A DNA stretch of 64,000 bases from NCBI GenBank assembly GCA_050942875.1, contig JBMNOD010000004.1, positions 4,578-68,577 of the forward strand. The letters are read 5' to 3'. Shown in pieces: positions 8,100-16,273 of the stretch (the stretch's first letter is position 1; each line of letters opens with the position of its first letter). Both the position numbers and the translations under genes were made by a program. The DNA is from Kiritimatiellia bacterium. GTDB taxonomy: Bacteria; Verrucomicrobiota; Kiritimatiellia; RFP12; UBA3636. The notes beneath the pieces are model-generated. The model worked only from the letters and a program-made list of their open reading frames with translations, was not told where the DNA came from and did no database searches.

Positions 8100-9806
8100 A
8101 TGGCAAACAATCAGGAAGACCTTCTTTTCGCCCTTTTAGGCCAAACCGGGCTCTTTACCGACCTCCAGATCGACATGCTCAGGACGGAGGATCGGTCGGG
8201 CGACGCCAACATCGTGGAATCGGTCGTGCGCCTCGGCCTCGCCGCTGAAGAGGACGTCTTGCGCGAGGCCGCCAAGGTCGTCGGCATCGACTATGTGGAC
8301 GTCGAAGGCGCCGAGGCTTCGCCCGAACTGCTCGAAAAGCTCCCGGCGCGTGCCGTGTACCAGTACAACGTCGTCCCGGTTTCCTTCGACAACAACACGC
8401 TCACGATCGCCACCAGCGACCCCTTCAACCTCACCCAGCTCGACGGGCTTCGCCTCGCAACGGGCTGCCAGGTCGTTCCCGTCGCCTGCACGGCCGAGAA
8501 GATCGCCAAGCACGCCCGCAAGTGCTACGGCGTCGGCGGCGACACGTTCGAAAAGATGATGTCCGGCGGTCGCTACAACGTCGAATCCGATGCGGACACG
8601 ATGAAGTACGACCTCTCCGACGTCGGCCAGGAAGCCTCGATCGTGCGCTTCGTCAACCAGATCATTGCCGAGGCGGACAAGCAGGGCGCCACCGACATCC
8701 ACGTCGAGCCGATGGAGCACGAGCTGCGCATCCGCTACCGGATCGACGGCCTGCTCCACAAGGTCGATGTCCCGGCGCAGCTCAACAAGGTGCAGGCCGC
8801 CGTCATCTCCCGCCTCAAGGTCATGGCCAACCTCGACATCGCCGAGAAGCGCATGCCGATGGACGGGCGCATCGGCATCCGGGTCAACGGCAAGGAAATC
8901 GACATCCGCGTCTCCACCTGCCCCACCGTCTACGGCGAAAGCATCAGCCTGCGCCTGCTCCAGAAAGGCGGCAGCGTCATCCGCCTCGCCCAGCTCGGCC
9001 TCAACCCGCGAGACGAGAAGATCGTCGTCAAGACGATCCATCGCCCCAACGGCATCGTGCTCGTCACCGGCCCCACCGGCTCCGGCAAGTCCACCACCCT
9101 CTACGCCTTCCTCCACGAGATCAACACGATCGAGAAGCGCATCCTCACGGCCGAAGAGCCGATCGAATACGAAATGCCCGGGATCAACCAGGTTCTCGTG
9201 CGTCCGGACATCGGCCTGACCTTCGCGCGCATCCTCCGCTCGTTCCTGCGCCAGGATCCCGACATCATGATGGTCGGCGAAATTCGCGACATCGAGACGG
9301 CCGAGATCGCCATCAACGCCTCGCTGACCGGCCACCTCGTCTTCTCCACGCTTCACACCAACGACGCCGCCGGCGCCTTCGCGCGTCTGATCGACATGGG
9401 CGTCGAGCCCTTCCTCGTCGCGTCGTCGGTCGTCGTCGTCCTTGCCCAGCGCCTGCTGCGCCGTCTCTGCACACACTGCCGCCAGGCGACGACCGCCGAC
9501 CCCGCCTTCCTCGAGCGCATGGACATTTCGCCCGAGGTCTTCGCCGGACGCCAGATCTACAAGGCGCAGGGCTGCCCGCTTTGCGGCCAGACCGGATACA
9601 AGGGGCGAGGCGCCATCTTCGAAGTGCTGTCCGTCTCCGAGACGCTGCGCACGCTCATCACCGAGCACCGCCCCTCCGCCGTGATCCGCGACAAGGCCAT
9701 CGAGGAGGGCATGACCACACTCCGCATTGACGGCTGGAACAAGGTCTATTCCGGCTTCACCACCATCGACGAAGTCCTCCGCGTCACCGAGGACCAGGGA
9801 GATTGA
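8100..9806 (+). CDS. type II secretion/type IV pilus assembly ATPase (GspE/PilB family)
   Basis: 568 aa; N-terminal GSPII_E N1 domain, Walker A GPTGSGKST, Asp box, His box, tetracysteine CTHC...CPLCG motif characteristic of GspE/PilB. Confidence 0.85.
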   Translation: MANNQEDLLFALLGQTGLFTDLQIDMLRTEDRSGDANIVESVVRLGLAAEEDVLREAAKVVGIDYVDVEGAEASPELLEKLPARAVYQYNVVPVSFDNNTLTIATSDPFNLTQLDGLRLATGCQVVPVACTAEKIAKHARKCYGVGGDTFEKMMSGGRYNVESDADTMKYDLSDVGQEASIVRFVNQIIAEADKQGATDIHVEPMEHELRIRYRIDGLLHKVDVPAQLNKVQAAVISRLKVMANLDIAEKRMPMDGRIGIRVNGKEIDIRVSTCPTVYGESISLRLLQKGGSVIRLAQLGLNPRDEKIVVKTIHRPNGIVLVTGPTGSGKSTTLYAFLHEINTIEKRILTAEEPIEYEMPGINQVLVRPDIGLTFARILRSFLRQDPDIMMVGEIRDIETAEIAINASLTGHLVFSTLHTNDAAGAFARLIDMGVEPFLVASSVVVVLAQRLLRRLCTHCRQATTADPAFLERMDISPEVFAGRQIYKAQGCPLCGQTGYKGRGAIFEVLSVSETLRTLITEHRPSAVIRDKAIEEGMTTLRIDGWNKVYSGFTTIDEVLRVTEDQGD

Positions 9807-9810
9807 CCCC

Positions 9811-10284
9811 ATGCACGACCCCAACTGCGTTTTTTGCAAAATCATCGCCGGCGCCATCCCCAGCGCCAAAGTCTTTGAATCCGAGAACGTCCTCGCCTTT
9901 CTCGACATCCAGCCGATGGAGAAAGGCCACGTCCTCGTCATCCCCAAGCGGCACTGGCCCACATTGATGGACGTGCCGGTCGAGATCGCCGAAGACATCG
10001 CGTGCTTTGAAGAGCTCATGTACATCGTGCGCGTTGCCGCCAAAGCCGTCCGCCGCGATTTCGCCGACGGCGTCAACATCCTCCAGTGCAACGGCCCCGG
10101 CGCAGGCCAGACCGTCTCGCATCTGCATTTCCACGTCATCCCGCGCTACGGGAGCGACGCCGTTCAGCCCGCCTGGCAATCCGGCCACGGGCGATACGCA
10201 AACGACGCCGAGCGAGCCGACTACGCCAAGCGCATCGCCGCCGCCATCGCGACGATCATCAAGGAAGAGGACTTGATCGGATGA
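9811..10284 (+). CDS. HIT family protein (histidine triad nucleotide hydrolase)
   Basis: MHDPNCVFCKIIAGAIPS...VSHLHFHVIPRY contains the HxHxHxx histidine triad motif. Confidence 0.85.
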   Translation: MHDPNCVFCKIIAGAIPSAKVFESENVLAFLDIQPMEKGHVLVIPKRHWPTLMDVPVEIAEDIACFEELMYIVRVAAKAVRRDFADGVNILQCNGPGAGQTVSHLHFHVIPRYGSDAVQPAWQSGHGRYANDAERADYAKRIAAAIATIIKEEDLIG

Positions 10285-10709
10285 ACGAGCAGTCTTTCGA
10301 AGAGACCGTCGCGCGCATCTGCGACACGGACGACCGCTACGACATGGAAGCGTACTTCTTCATTCGAGAGGCGCTCGACCATGCCGCGCGGAAATTCAAC
10401 CGCGAGCCGCCCAACCGCCATGTCACCGGCGCCGAGCTCTCCGAAGGCGTCCGCGAGTACGCGCTCAACGAATTCGGCCCCCTCGCCTACCTTGTCCTGA
10501 CCGAGTGGGGACTCCACACCACCGGCGACTTCGGCGAAATCGTCTACAACCTCATCGCCGAAGGCGTCTTTGGCAAGTCCGAAACCGACCGCCGCGAAGA
10601 CTTCAACGACGTGTACAATTTCCACGACGCCTTCGTCGAACCCTTCGAACCCACGCTCAACTCCCCCGACGATGACGGGCAAAGGAAGCCCCGTCGTGAA
10701 AAAAGCTAG
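10281..10709 (+). CDS. conserved hypothetical protein (acidic, ~142 aa; resembles a PVC-group-restricted uncharacterised family)
   Basis: ATG overlaps HIT stop (ATGA) suggesting translational coupling; MNEQSFEETVARICDTDDRYDMEAYFFIREALDH...; no catalytic motif recognised. Confidence 0.5.
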   Translation: MNEQSFEETVARICDTDDRYDMEAYFFIREALDHAARKFNREPPNRHVTGAELSEGVREYALNEFGPLAYLVLTEWGLHTTGDFGEIVYNLIAEGVFGKSETDRREDFNDVYNFHDAFVEPFEPTLNSPDDDGQRKPRREKS

Positions 10710-10809
10710 CGGGAGGGAAACGTTGCCTCAAGCTTTGGCGGACTTGACGCCCAGGGATTGGACGAACCAGACGAATCAGACGGATCATTGATTTCAGTGC
10801 AGCAAAGTG

Positions 10810-10877
10810 GACGCGGCGTCCCCGCCGCGTTGTTCATGCAAAAGGCCAAACTCCAGGACGCGGCGTCCCCGCCGCGT
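10810..10877. repeat. two copies of a dispersed GC-rich hairpin element GACGCGGCG-TCCCC-GCCGCGT (REP-like)
   Basis: Copies at 10810-10830 and 10857-10877 in convergent intergenic space; identical hairpin occurs inside each 112-bp repeat unit at 44445-44466 and 44557-44578. Confidence 0.55.
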
Positions 10878-10987
10878 TTCGCCACCTGCGCCCACTCGTC
10901 CACACCCCGGCGCGCCTCGGTTCCCGCCCTGCCACGCCGCCACCATCTCCATCGTGGGGCTGGACCACCGTGTCCTGCCTTCTCTTT

Positions 10988-11017
10988 TGCTTCAGAAGTC
11001 GATCGACTTCTGAAGCA
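10988..11017. terminator. perfect 30-bp palindrome (bidirectional hairpin) spanning the stop codon of the SGNH hydrolase gene
   Basis: tgcttcagaagtcgatcgacttctgaagca is its own reverse complement; lies between convergent genes; flanked by T-run upstream (tttt). Confidence 0.5.
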
Positions 11018-12146
11018 TCCCCCTCACCACCGCCTCCAGGCTGTCGGCCATGCGCAGGAAACCGAGGTCGGTCTGGTGGACGCCATCCACGGCGCACTCG
11101 GTGAAATTCCCGCCCAGCAAATCCCCGCCGTCAAAGAAAGCGACGGCCGTGTCGCCCGCCTCGCGAAGCTCGTCCACGAGGGCGCGCTGGAAGTCCCGGC
11201 GCTCCAGCCGCTGCGCACGCACCTCCTCATTGAACATCTCGCGTGCGTACGGCACCTTCGAGACAACGAGCATCGGCGTGCGAGGCCACGCCTGGCGGAG
11301 AATGCCCAGGAAAGTCGGCAGCGTCTCGTGCAGCCTCCCTGCGCAATTGGCCTCGTAGTCGGAGATGAAAAGCGCCGGCGCCGGAAGCGTGGCGATGACC
11401 TGCGCCACTTCAGGCTCGCCCCGGCCATTGCCGGAGAAACCGAGATTGATGAACTCGCAGTCGAGTCGTCGGCTCAAAATGTTCGGGTAGGACATGCCCG
11501 GACGCGACGCACATCCGCCCTGCGTAATGGACGTGCCATACACCACGACCGGACGCTGCCACGCGCGAGGCGGCGGCGTCTCGACGCAGGCGCCCTCGTC
11601 AAGACCGATCGACAGCGCCTCGACGCCCTGGTAAAGCGGGAAATGGATCGTCGCCGTCCGCATCGCCGCCGTCGGAAAATCGCACAAGGGCGCCTGGTAC
11701 GACGCGACCGAGCGGTCGAAGCGCGTCGTGCCCGCGTACATCGCCGAGCCCCCATCGCCGAGGTACGCGTCGAAGCCGCACTGCCCCGTGGCCGGCATGT
11801 GGTCCATCGAATGCGCGCCGCGGAGTTTCACGCGCACGACGATGCGCTTCGAGTCCGTCCGAAAGCGCACCTTCACGCCTGACGTGTGCCACGCGAGATC
11901 GTCGACGGCCTTCGGCAACGACGGATCAAACGGCATGCGTCTGTAGATGTTGCCATCCAGCTTCCATCCCAGCCCCTCGATGCGCAAAGGCGCTTCCCAA
12001 GGCGAGTGCCAAACAAGACCGTCGGCCGCGCACTCGGCGGCTCTCATTTTCGGATCGTGGCGCTGCGCCGCGTTCATTTCAGCAGGTTTTTGTGTCATGG
12101 TCAGAATCATGGGTTTTGGTTTTACAGTGCGGACAAGTTGAATCAA
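10992..12146 (-). CDS. SGNH/GDSL family hydrolase (carbohydrate esterase/acetylesterase-like)
   Basis: VVVYGTSITQGG block (GDSL-type Ser motif), GxND-like and DGxH catalytic blocks (DGVHQTDLG); start Met uncertain (several in-frame Mets near N-terminus). Confidence 0.75.
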   Translation of the reverse strand: MIQLVRTVKPKPMILTMTQKPAEMNAAQRHDPKMRAAECAADGLVWHSPWEAPLRIEGLGWKLDGNIYRRMPFDPSLPKAVDDLAWHTSGVKVRFRTDSKRIVVRVKLRGAHSMDHMPATGQCGFDAYLGDGGSAMYAGTTRFDRSVASYQAPLCDFPTAAMRTATIHFPLYQGVEALSIGLDEGACVETPPPRAWQRPVVVYGTSITQGGCASRPGMSYPNILSRRLDCEFINLGFSGNGRGEPEVAQVIATLPAPALFISDYEANCAGRLHETLPTFLGILRQAWPRTPMLVVSKVPYAREMFNEEVRAQRLERRDFQRALVDELREAGDTAVAFFDGGDLLGGNFTECAVDGVHQTDLGFLRMADSLEAVVRGMLQKSIDF

Positions 12147-12223
12147 GCAGTTTCATGAAATGGCGTTTGCCCAAAAGCCGGCTGGGGAAGCCGTCGGCGG
12201 GCGCCAGATCCAGTTGAGGTTGT

Positions 12224-14251
12224 TCATCGAGTTTGTTGGGCGTGGAGGCGGGAGTAGAAGCCGCCGGCATTGACGAGGCTTTCGTGCGTGCCGAATTCCG
12301 ACACGCGGCCGTTTTCAAGGACGAGGATGGCGTCGCAGCGCATGGCCATGGAGACGCGCTGGGAGACGATGATGGACGTGCGTTCGCGCATGAGCCGGGA
12401 GAGCGTCTCCTGGATCTTGCGCTCGGTGTTGGCGTCGAGCGCGGAGGTGCAGTCGTCGAGAATGAGAATCTTGGGGTCGGTGAGCAGGGCGCGGGCGATG
12501 GAGATGCGCTGGCGCTGGCCGCCGGAGAGCGTGGACCCCTTCTCGCCAATGACGGTCTCGTACTGCACGGGCAGATTCATGATGAACTCATGGCTGTCGG
12601 CGGCCTTGGCGGCGGCCATGATGGCGGACGGAGTCGCGTCGGGATGGCCGTAGGCGATGTTGTCGCGGACGGTGCCGCTGAAAAGTTCGGCTTCCTGCGG
12701 CACGACGGCCATGTCGTGGCGGAGCGAGTGGAGCGTGACCTTGCGGAGCGGCGTCTCGTCGATGTGGATTTCGCCAGAAGTCGGGTCGAAAATCCGAGCG
12801 ATCAGGCCGACAAGGGTGGACTTGCCGGCGCCGCTGGGACCCATGATGCAGATCCAGGAACCGGCGGGGATGGTGAGGTCGATGTTGTGAAGCACCGGGG
12901 GCTTGTTGGCGTCGTAGGCGAAGGAGACGTTGTCGAGGCGGATGCCTTGCTTCAGCGGCAACGCGATGGGCACGGCGTCGGGCGCTTCGTCGATGACGCT
13001 CCGGCTGTCGAGCATATGCGCAAGGCGCTGCATGACGACAAGCATGTTGGAGAGGGTTACCGTGAGGTTGGTGAGGTTGACGACGGGCGTGAAGAGGTTG
13101 GCCACGGCGCCGTGGATGAACATCATCTCGCCCAAGGTCATCGAGCCGTTCAGCACGTTGACGGTGCAATAGATGAAAATGCCTTGCGTGGTGAGCGCCG
13201 AGACAAGCTGGGCCGAACGGCCGACGGTTGCCCCGACATGCTGCTGGCGCATCTGGTCGCGTTGCATCACGGCCGAGAGGCGGAAGAAGTTGACGGCTTC
13301 GGCGCGTTCGCGCCCATAGGCGAAAATGGCCTTCATGGCGTCGATCTTCTGGGAGACGAGCCCCCAGAGGCAGGCGTTGGAGTGGCGGATTTCACGGTTG
13401 TACATCCGCATGTTCAACCGGGTCTTCCGGATGGCAAGGCTGTAGGGAATCATCGCGCCGACGACGAGGAGAGCGCTGATCCAGTTGATGCTCAGCAAGA
13501 TGGTGAAGCCGACGAGGAACATGACGCCTTGCGAGACGATCGTCTCGGAATTGATCACGAGATGGTCGCGGACGGCATCGACGTCGTTGAGAATGCGCGC
13601 CATCAGGCGCCCTGGCGATGTGGACTTGTGGTAGATGCTGGAAAGCGAGATGACCTTCCGATGGACGTCGTTGCGCAGGTTGATGGCCAGGGCGCTGCCG
13701 ATCTTGTGGCGGAGCAGGATCACCTGCCGCATGCCGCGGTTGAGCGCGACGACGGTGCCGATGTAGATGAAAAAGAGCAGCAGCAGACGCCCCCCGGCAT
13801 TGGGCCCGCGCGCGGGCGCATGGCGCTCGCGGTAGGCTTCGGAAAGAGCGCCCGAGGCGTCCCGCTCGCGTCCCGGATGCGCATCGAACGCGCGAAGCGG
13901 CGCGGCAAGGCGACGTTCGCGCGCGACGGGATGCCGCGCCCCTTCGACGCCCGACTGCGTGGCGCGAGATGGACTGGGCTCGGCGGGGGCAGCGCCCACC
14001 ACGAGGATGTCGTCCACGACGACCTTGGCGTAGAACGACATCAAATAGACGGAGCAGGCGTTCAGCGTCGCGACGGCAATGTACACGGCCAAACGCCACC
14101 GCAACGGAAGCAGGTAGCGCCGGAAGAACCTCACGGCGAGACCGAAGGCGCCCGCCGTGTCGTAGATCTCGCGAGGCGGACGATACGGAACGTCGCGCCG
14201 GGCATAACGCGGCGGGCGCGCCGGACGGGCGGGTCTGTCAGTCTTCTTCAT
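12224..14251 (-). CDS. ABC transporter ATP-binding/permease fusion (MsbA-like exporter half-transporter)
   Basis: N-terminal 6-TM exporter domain followed by Walker A GPSGAGKST, signature LSGGQRQR, Walker B ILILDDCTSALD, H-loop. Confidence 0.85.
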   Translation of the reverse strand: MKKTDRPARPARPPRYARRDVPYRPPREIYDTAGAFGLAVRFFRRYLLPLRWRLAVYIAVATLNACSVYLMSFYAKVVVDDILVVGAAPAEPSPSRATQSGVEGARHPVARERRLAAPLRAFDAHPGRERDASGALSEAYRERHAPARGPNAGGRLLLLFFIYIGTVVALNRGMRQVILLRHKIGSALAINLRNDVHRKVISLSSIYHKSTSPGRLMARILNDVDAVRDHLVINSETIVSQGVMFLVGFTILLSINWISALLVVGAMIPYSLAIRKTRLNMRMYNREIRHSNACLWGLVSQKIDAMKAIFAYGRERAEAVNFFRLSAVMQRDQMRQQHVGATVGRSAQLVSALTTQGIFIYCTVNVLNGSMTLGEMMFIHGAVANLFTPVVNLTNLTVTLSNMLVVMQRLAHMLDSRSVIDEAPDAVPIALPLKQGIRLDNVSFAYDANKPPVLHNIDLTIPAGSWICIMGPSGAGKSTLVGLIARIFDPTSGEIHIDETPLRKVTLHSLRHDMAVVPQEAELFSGTVRDNIAYGHPDATPSAIMAAAKAADSHEFIMNLPVQYETVIGEKGSTLSGGQRQRISIARALLTDPKILILDDCTSALDANTERKIQETLSRLMRERTSIIVSQRVSMAMRCDAILVLENGRVSEFGTHESLVNAGGFYSRLHAQQTR

Positions 14252-16055
14252 CGCTGATCACCCCCTTGCCCGAATGCTTGCGATAAAGTTCGCGGTAGCG
14301 TCCGCCCTCGATCGCCATGAGCGTCTCGTGGTCGCCCATTTCCTGAATCTCGCCCCGGTCGAGCAAGATGATCCGATCGGCATTGCGGATCGTGCTCAGA
14401 CGGTGGGCGACAATGAAAGACGTGCGATTGACGAGGAAGCGATCCATCGCGACCTGGATTGCCCGCTCCGACTCGCTGTCGAGCGCGCTTGTGGCTTCGT
14501 CCATGATCAGAATCGCGGGATTGGCCAGCACGGCGCGCGCAATGGAAATGCGCTGCTTCTGGCCGACGGAGAGCTGGACGCCGCGCGTGCCGATCACCGA
14601 TTCGTACCCATCCGACATGGCGATGATGTCGTCGTGGATTTCCGCGATCTTCGCGGCGTTGACGACCTCCTCGAGCGAGGCGCCGGGCTTGGCGTAGCGG
14701 ATGTTGTCGGCAATGCTCACCTGGAAGAGCAGCGACTCCTGGAGCACAATGCCAAATTGTCGGCGCAAACTCGCCCTGGCGATGTCCTTGACGTCAATGC
14801 CATCGATCCGCACCGCGCCATGCTGCACGTCGTAGAGGCGCATGAGCAGCGAGAGGATCGTCGTCTTGCCGCATCCTGTGGGGCCGACAAGCGCAACCGT
14901 TTCGCCGGCCTTGACGTGAATGTCGAAATTGCGCAGAATGACTTTGTCCGGTTCATACCAGAAGGTGACGTCGTCGAAATCCACGTCCCCGCGCACGGCG
15001 CCCTCAAGACGAACGGCGTCGGCGCGTTCGAGGACTTCCGGCTGGGCGTCGAGGATTTCGAAAAGCCGGTCTGCCGAGATGCGCACGTTCTGGAGCTGTT
15101 CGGCGAGCTGCGAAAAGCGCACCGCCGGCCAAAGGATTTGCATGGCGTACGTGGTGAAGGCCGTCACGTCGCCATACGACGCCGCATTTGCAAGCACCAT
15201 CGCGCAACCGAGGAAATAGATGCATGTGCGCCCCATGTCCTGAAGCAGCAACGTATTGAGGTGAAAATTCGACGAGGCGGACCAACTGACGACCAAATTG
15301 TCCATCAGTGCCGTCGCCTGGGTGTTGAAAACCCGCTGCTCCCGATCTTCGGCGCCATACGTCTTGACGGTGAGGTTTGCGACGAGACGATCCTGGACGC
15401 CGCTTGCCAGGCGGTCCTCTGAACCGCGCACGCTGATCCAGGCGCGGCGGATTTTGCTGATGTTGAATCGATAGTTGCTGACGAACAGCACAAGGACGAC
15501 GATGATCGGCAGCGCAAGCCGCCAGTTGAGGTACAACGTCGCACTCGCCGCGAAAAGCGCGCAAACCAGATCCGAGATCACCTGCACCGAGGTGACGTTG
15601 AGAATCTGCTGCATCGTCGAACTGTCGCCCATGAGCCGGTTCGTGAGCTTGCCCGTGCTGTTCTTGTGGAAATAGCCGATGTGCATGCCGAGCAGATGCC
15701 GATAGACGGCCATGCGGATTCGCAGCACGAAGGTCTGCCCGATGTAGGCGATGCCGACGAGCTGGATGTAGCTGATCGCCGCATGCAGAAGCGGCACGAG
15801 GATCATCATCACCGCAAGCCCGGGCAGCAGCGCTTCGCGCCGGTTGCCGACGACCTCGTTGATGATCGCCCGGGTGAAGAGCGGCGGGAGCATGGCCAGC
15901 ACGGAAAGAACGGCCGTCAGAAGCGCCAGCCCCGCGATCTTCCACTTGAAAGGCGCGATGAAAGGCATGATCTTGCGCAACGTCTCGCCCGTCGTCTTCC
16001 GTTGCTGCTGCTGGTTTTTTTTGGCTTCGGCCGGCTGATTCGGCTCTTTCGGCAT
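14238..16055 (-). CDS. ABC transporter ATP-binding/permease fusion (MsbA-like exporter, partner of preceding gene)
   Basis: TMD + NBD with GPTGCGKTT, LSVGQKQR, ILIMDEATSALD; overlaps next gene by 14 nt (heterodimeric exporter pair); start set at internal Met (MPKEPNQ), ORF extends to 16148. Confidence 0.8.
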   Translation of the reverse strand: MPKEPNQPAEAKKNQQQQRKTTGETLRKIMPFIAPFKWKIAGLALLTAVLSVLAMLPPLFTRAIINEVVGNRREALLPGLAVMMILVPLLHAAISYIQLVGIAYIGQTFVLRIRMAVYRHLLGMHIGYFHKNSTGKLTNRLMGDSSTMQQILNVTSVQVISDLVCALFAASATLYLNWRLALPIIVVLVLFVSNYRFNISKIRRAWISVRGSEDRLASGVQDRLVANLTVKTYGAEDREQRVFNTQATALMDNLVVSWSASSNFHLNTLLLQDMGRTCIYFLGCAMVLANAASYGDVTAFTTYAMQILWPAVRFSQLAEQLQNVRISADRLFEILDAQPEVLERADAVRLEGAVRGDVDFDDVTFWYEPDKVILRNFDIHVKAGETVALVGPTGCGKTTILSLLMRLYDVQHGAVRIDGIDVKDIARASLRRQFGIVLQESLLFQVSIADNIRYAKPGASLEEVVNAAKIAEIHDDIIAMSDGYESVIGTRGVQLSVGQKQRISIARAVLANPAILIMDEATSALDSESERAIQVAMDRFLVNRTSFIVAHRLSTIRNADRIILLDRGEIQEMGDHETLMAIEGGRYRELYRKHSGKGVISDEED

Positions 16056-16273
16056 GGTGCTCTTTGGGGTGATGAGTGATGAGTGCTTAAAACGTTGTCG
16101 CTTTGTCGAACCCGAAGGGTGTTTTGTGGCTATGACGACTTTGGACATCGGACTTTCGAATGCTGGCGACTGCCGCGAAGCGGCTGTTCTCTCGTTGCGC
16201 TTGAGTATAGCATTTCGGTCGCCGGGGGATAAAGGTCTTTTAGATTATGGAACCCGCCGAGACGGCGGGCAGC

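Noticed and set aside
8136-10139. 667-aa ORF (-) and 402-aa ORF 8522..9730 (+)
   Set aside because: They are antisense or alternative frames of the GspE/PilB-family ATPase and HIT genes. The translations are Arg/Asp/Gly-rich low complexity.
12233-14257. 674-aa ORF (+)
   Set aside because: It is antisense to the MsbA-like ABC exporter gene, which has clear Walker/signature motifs on the other strand.
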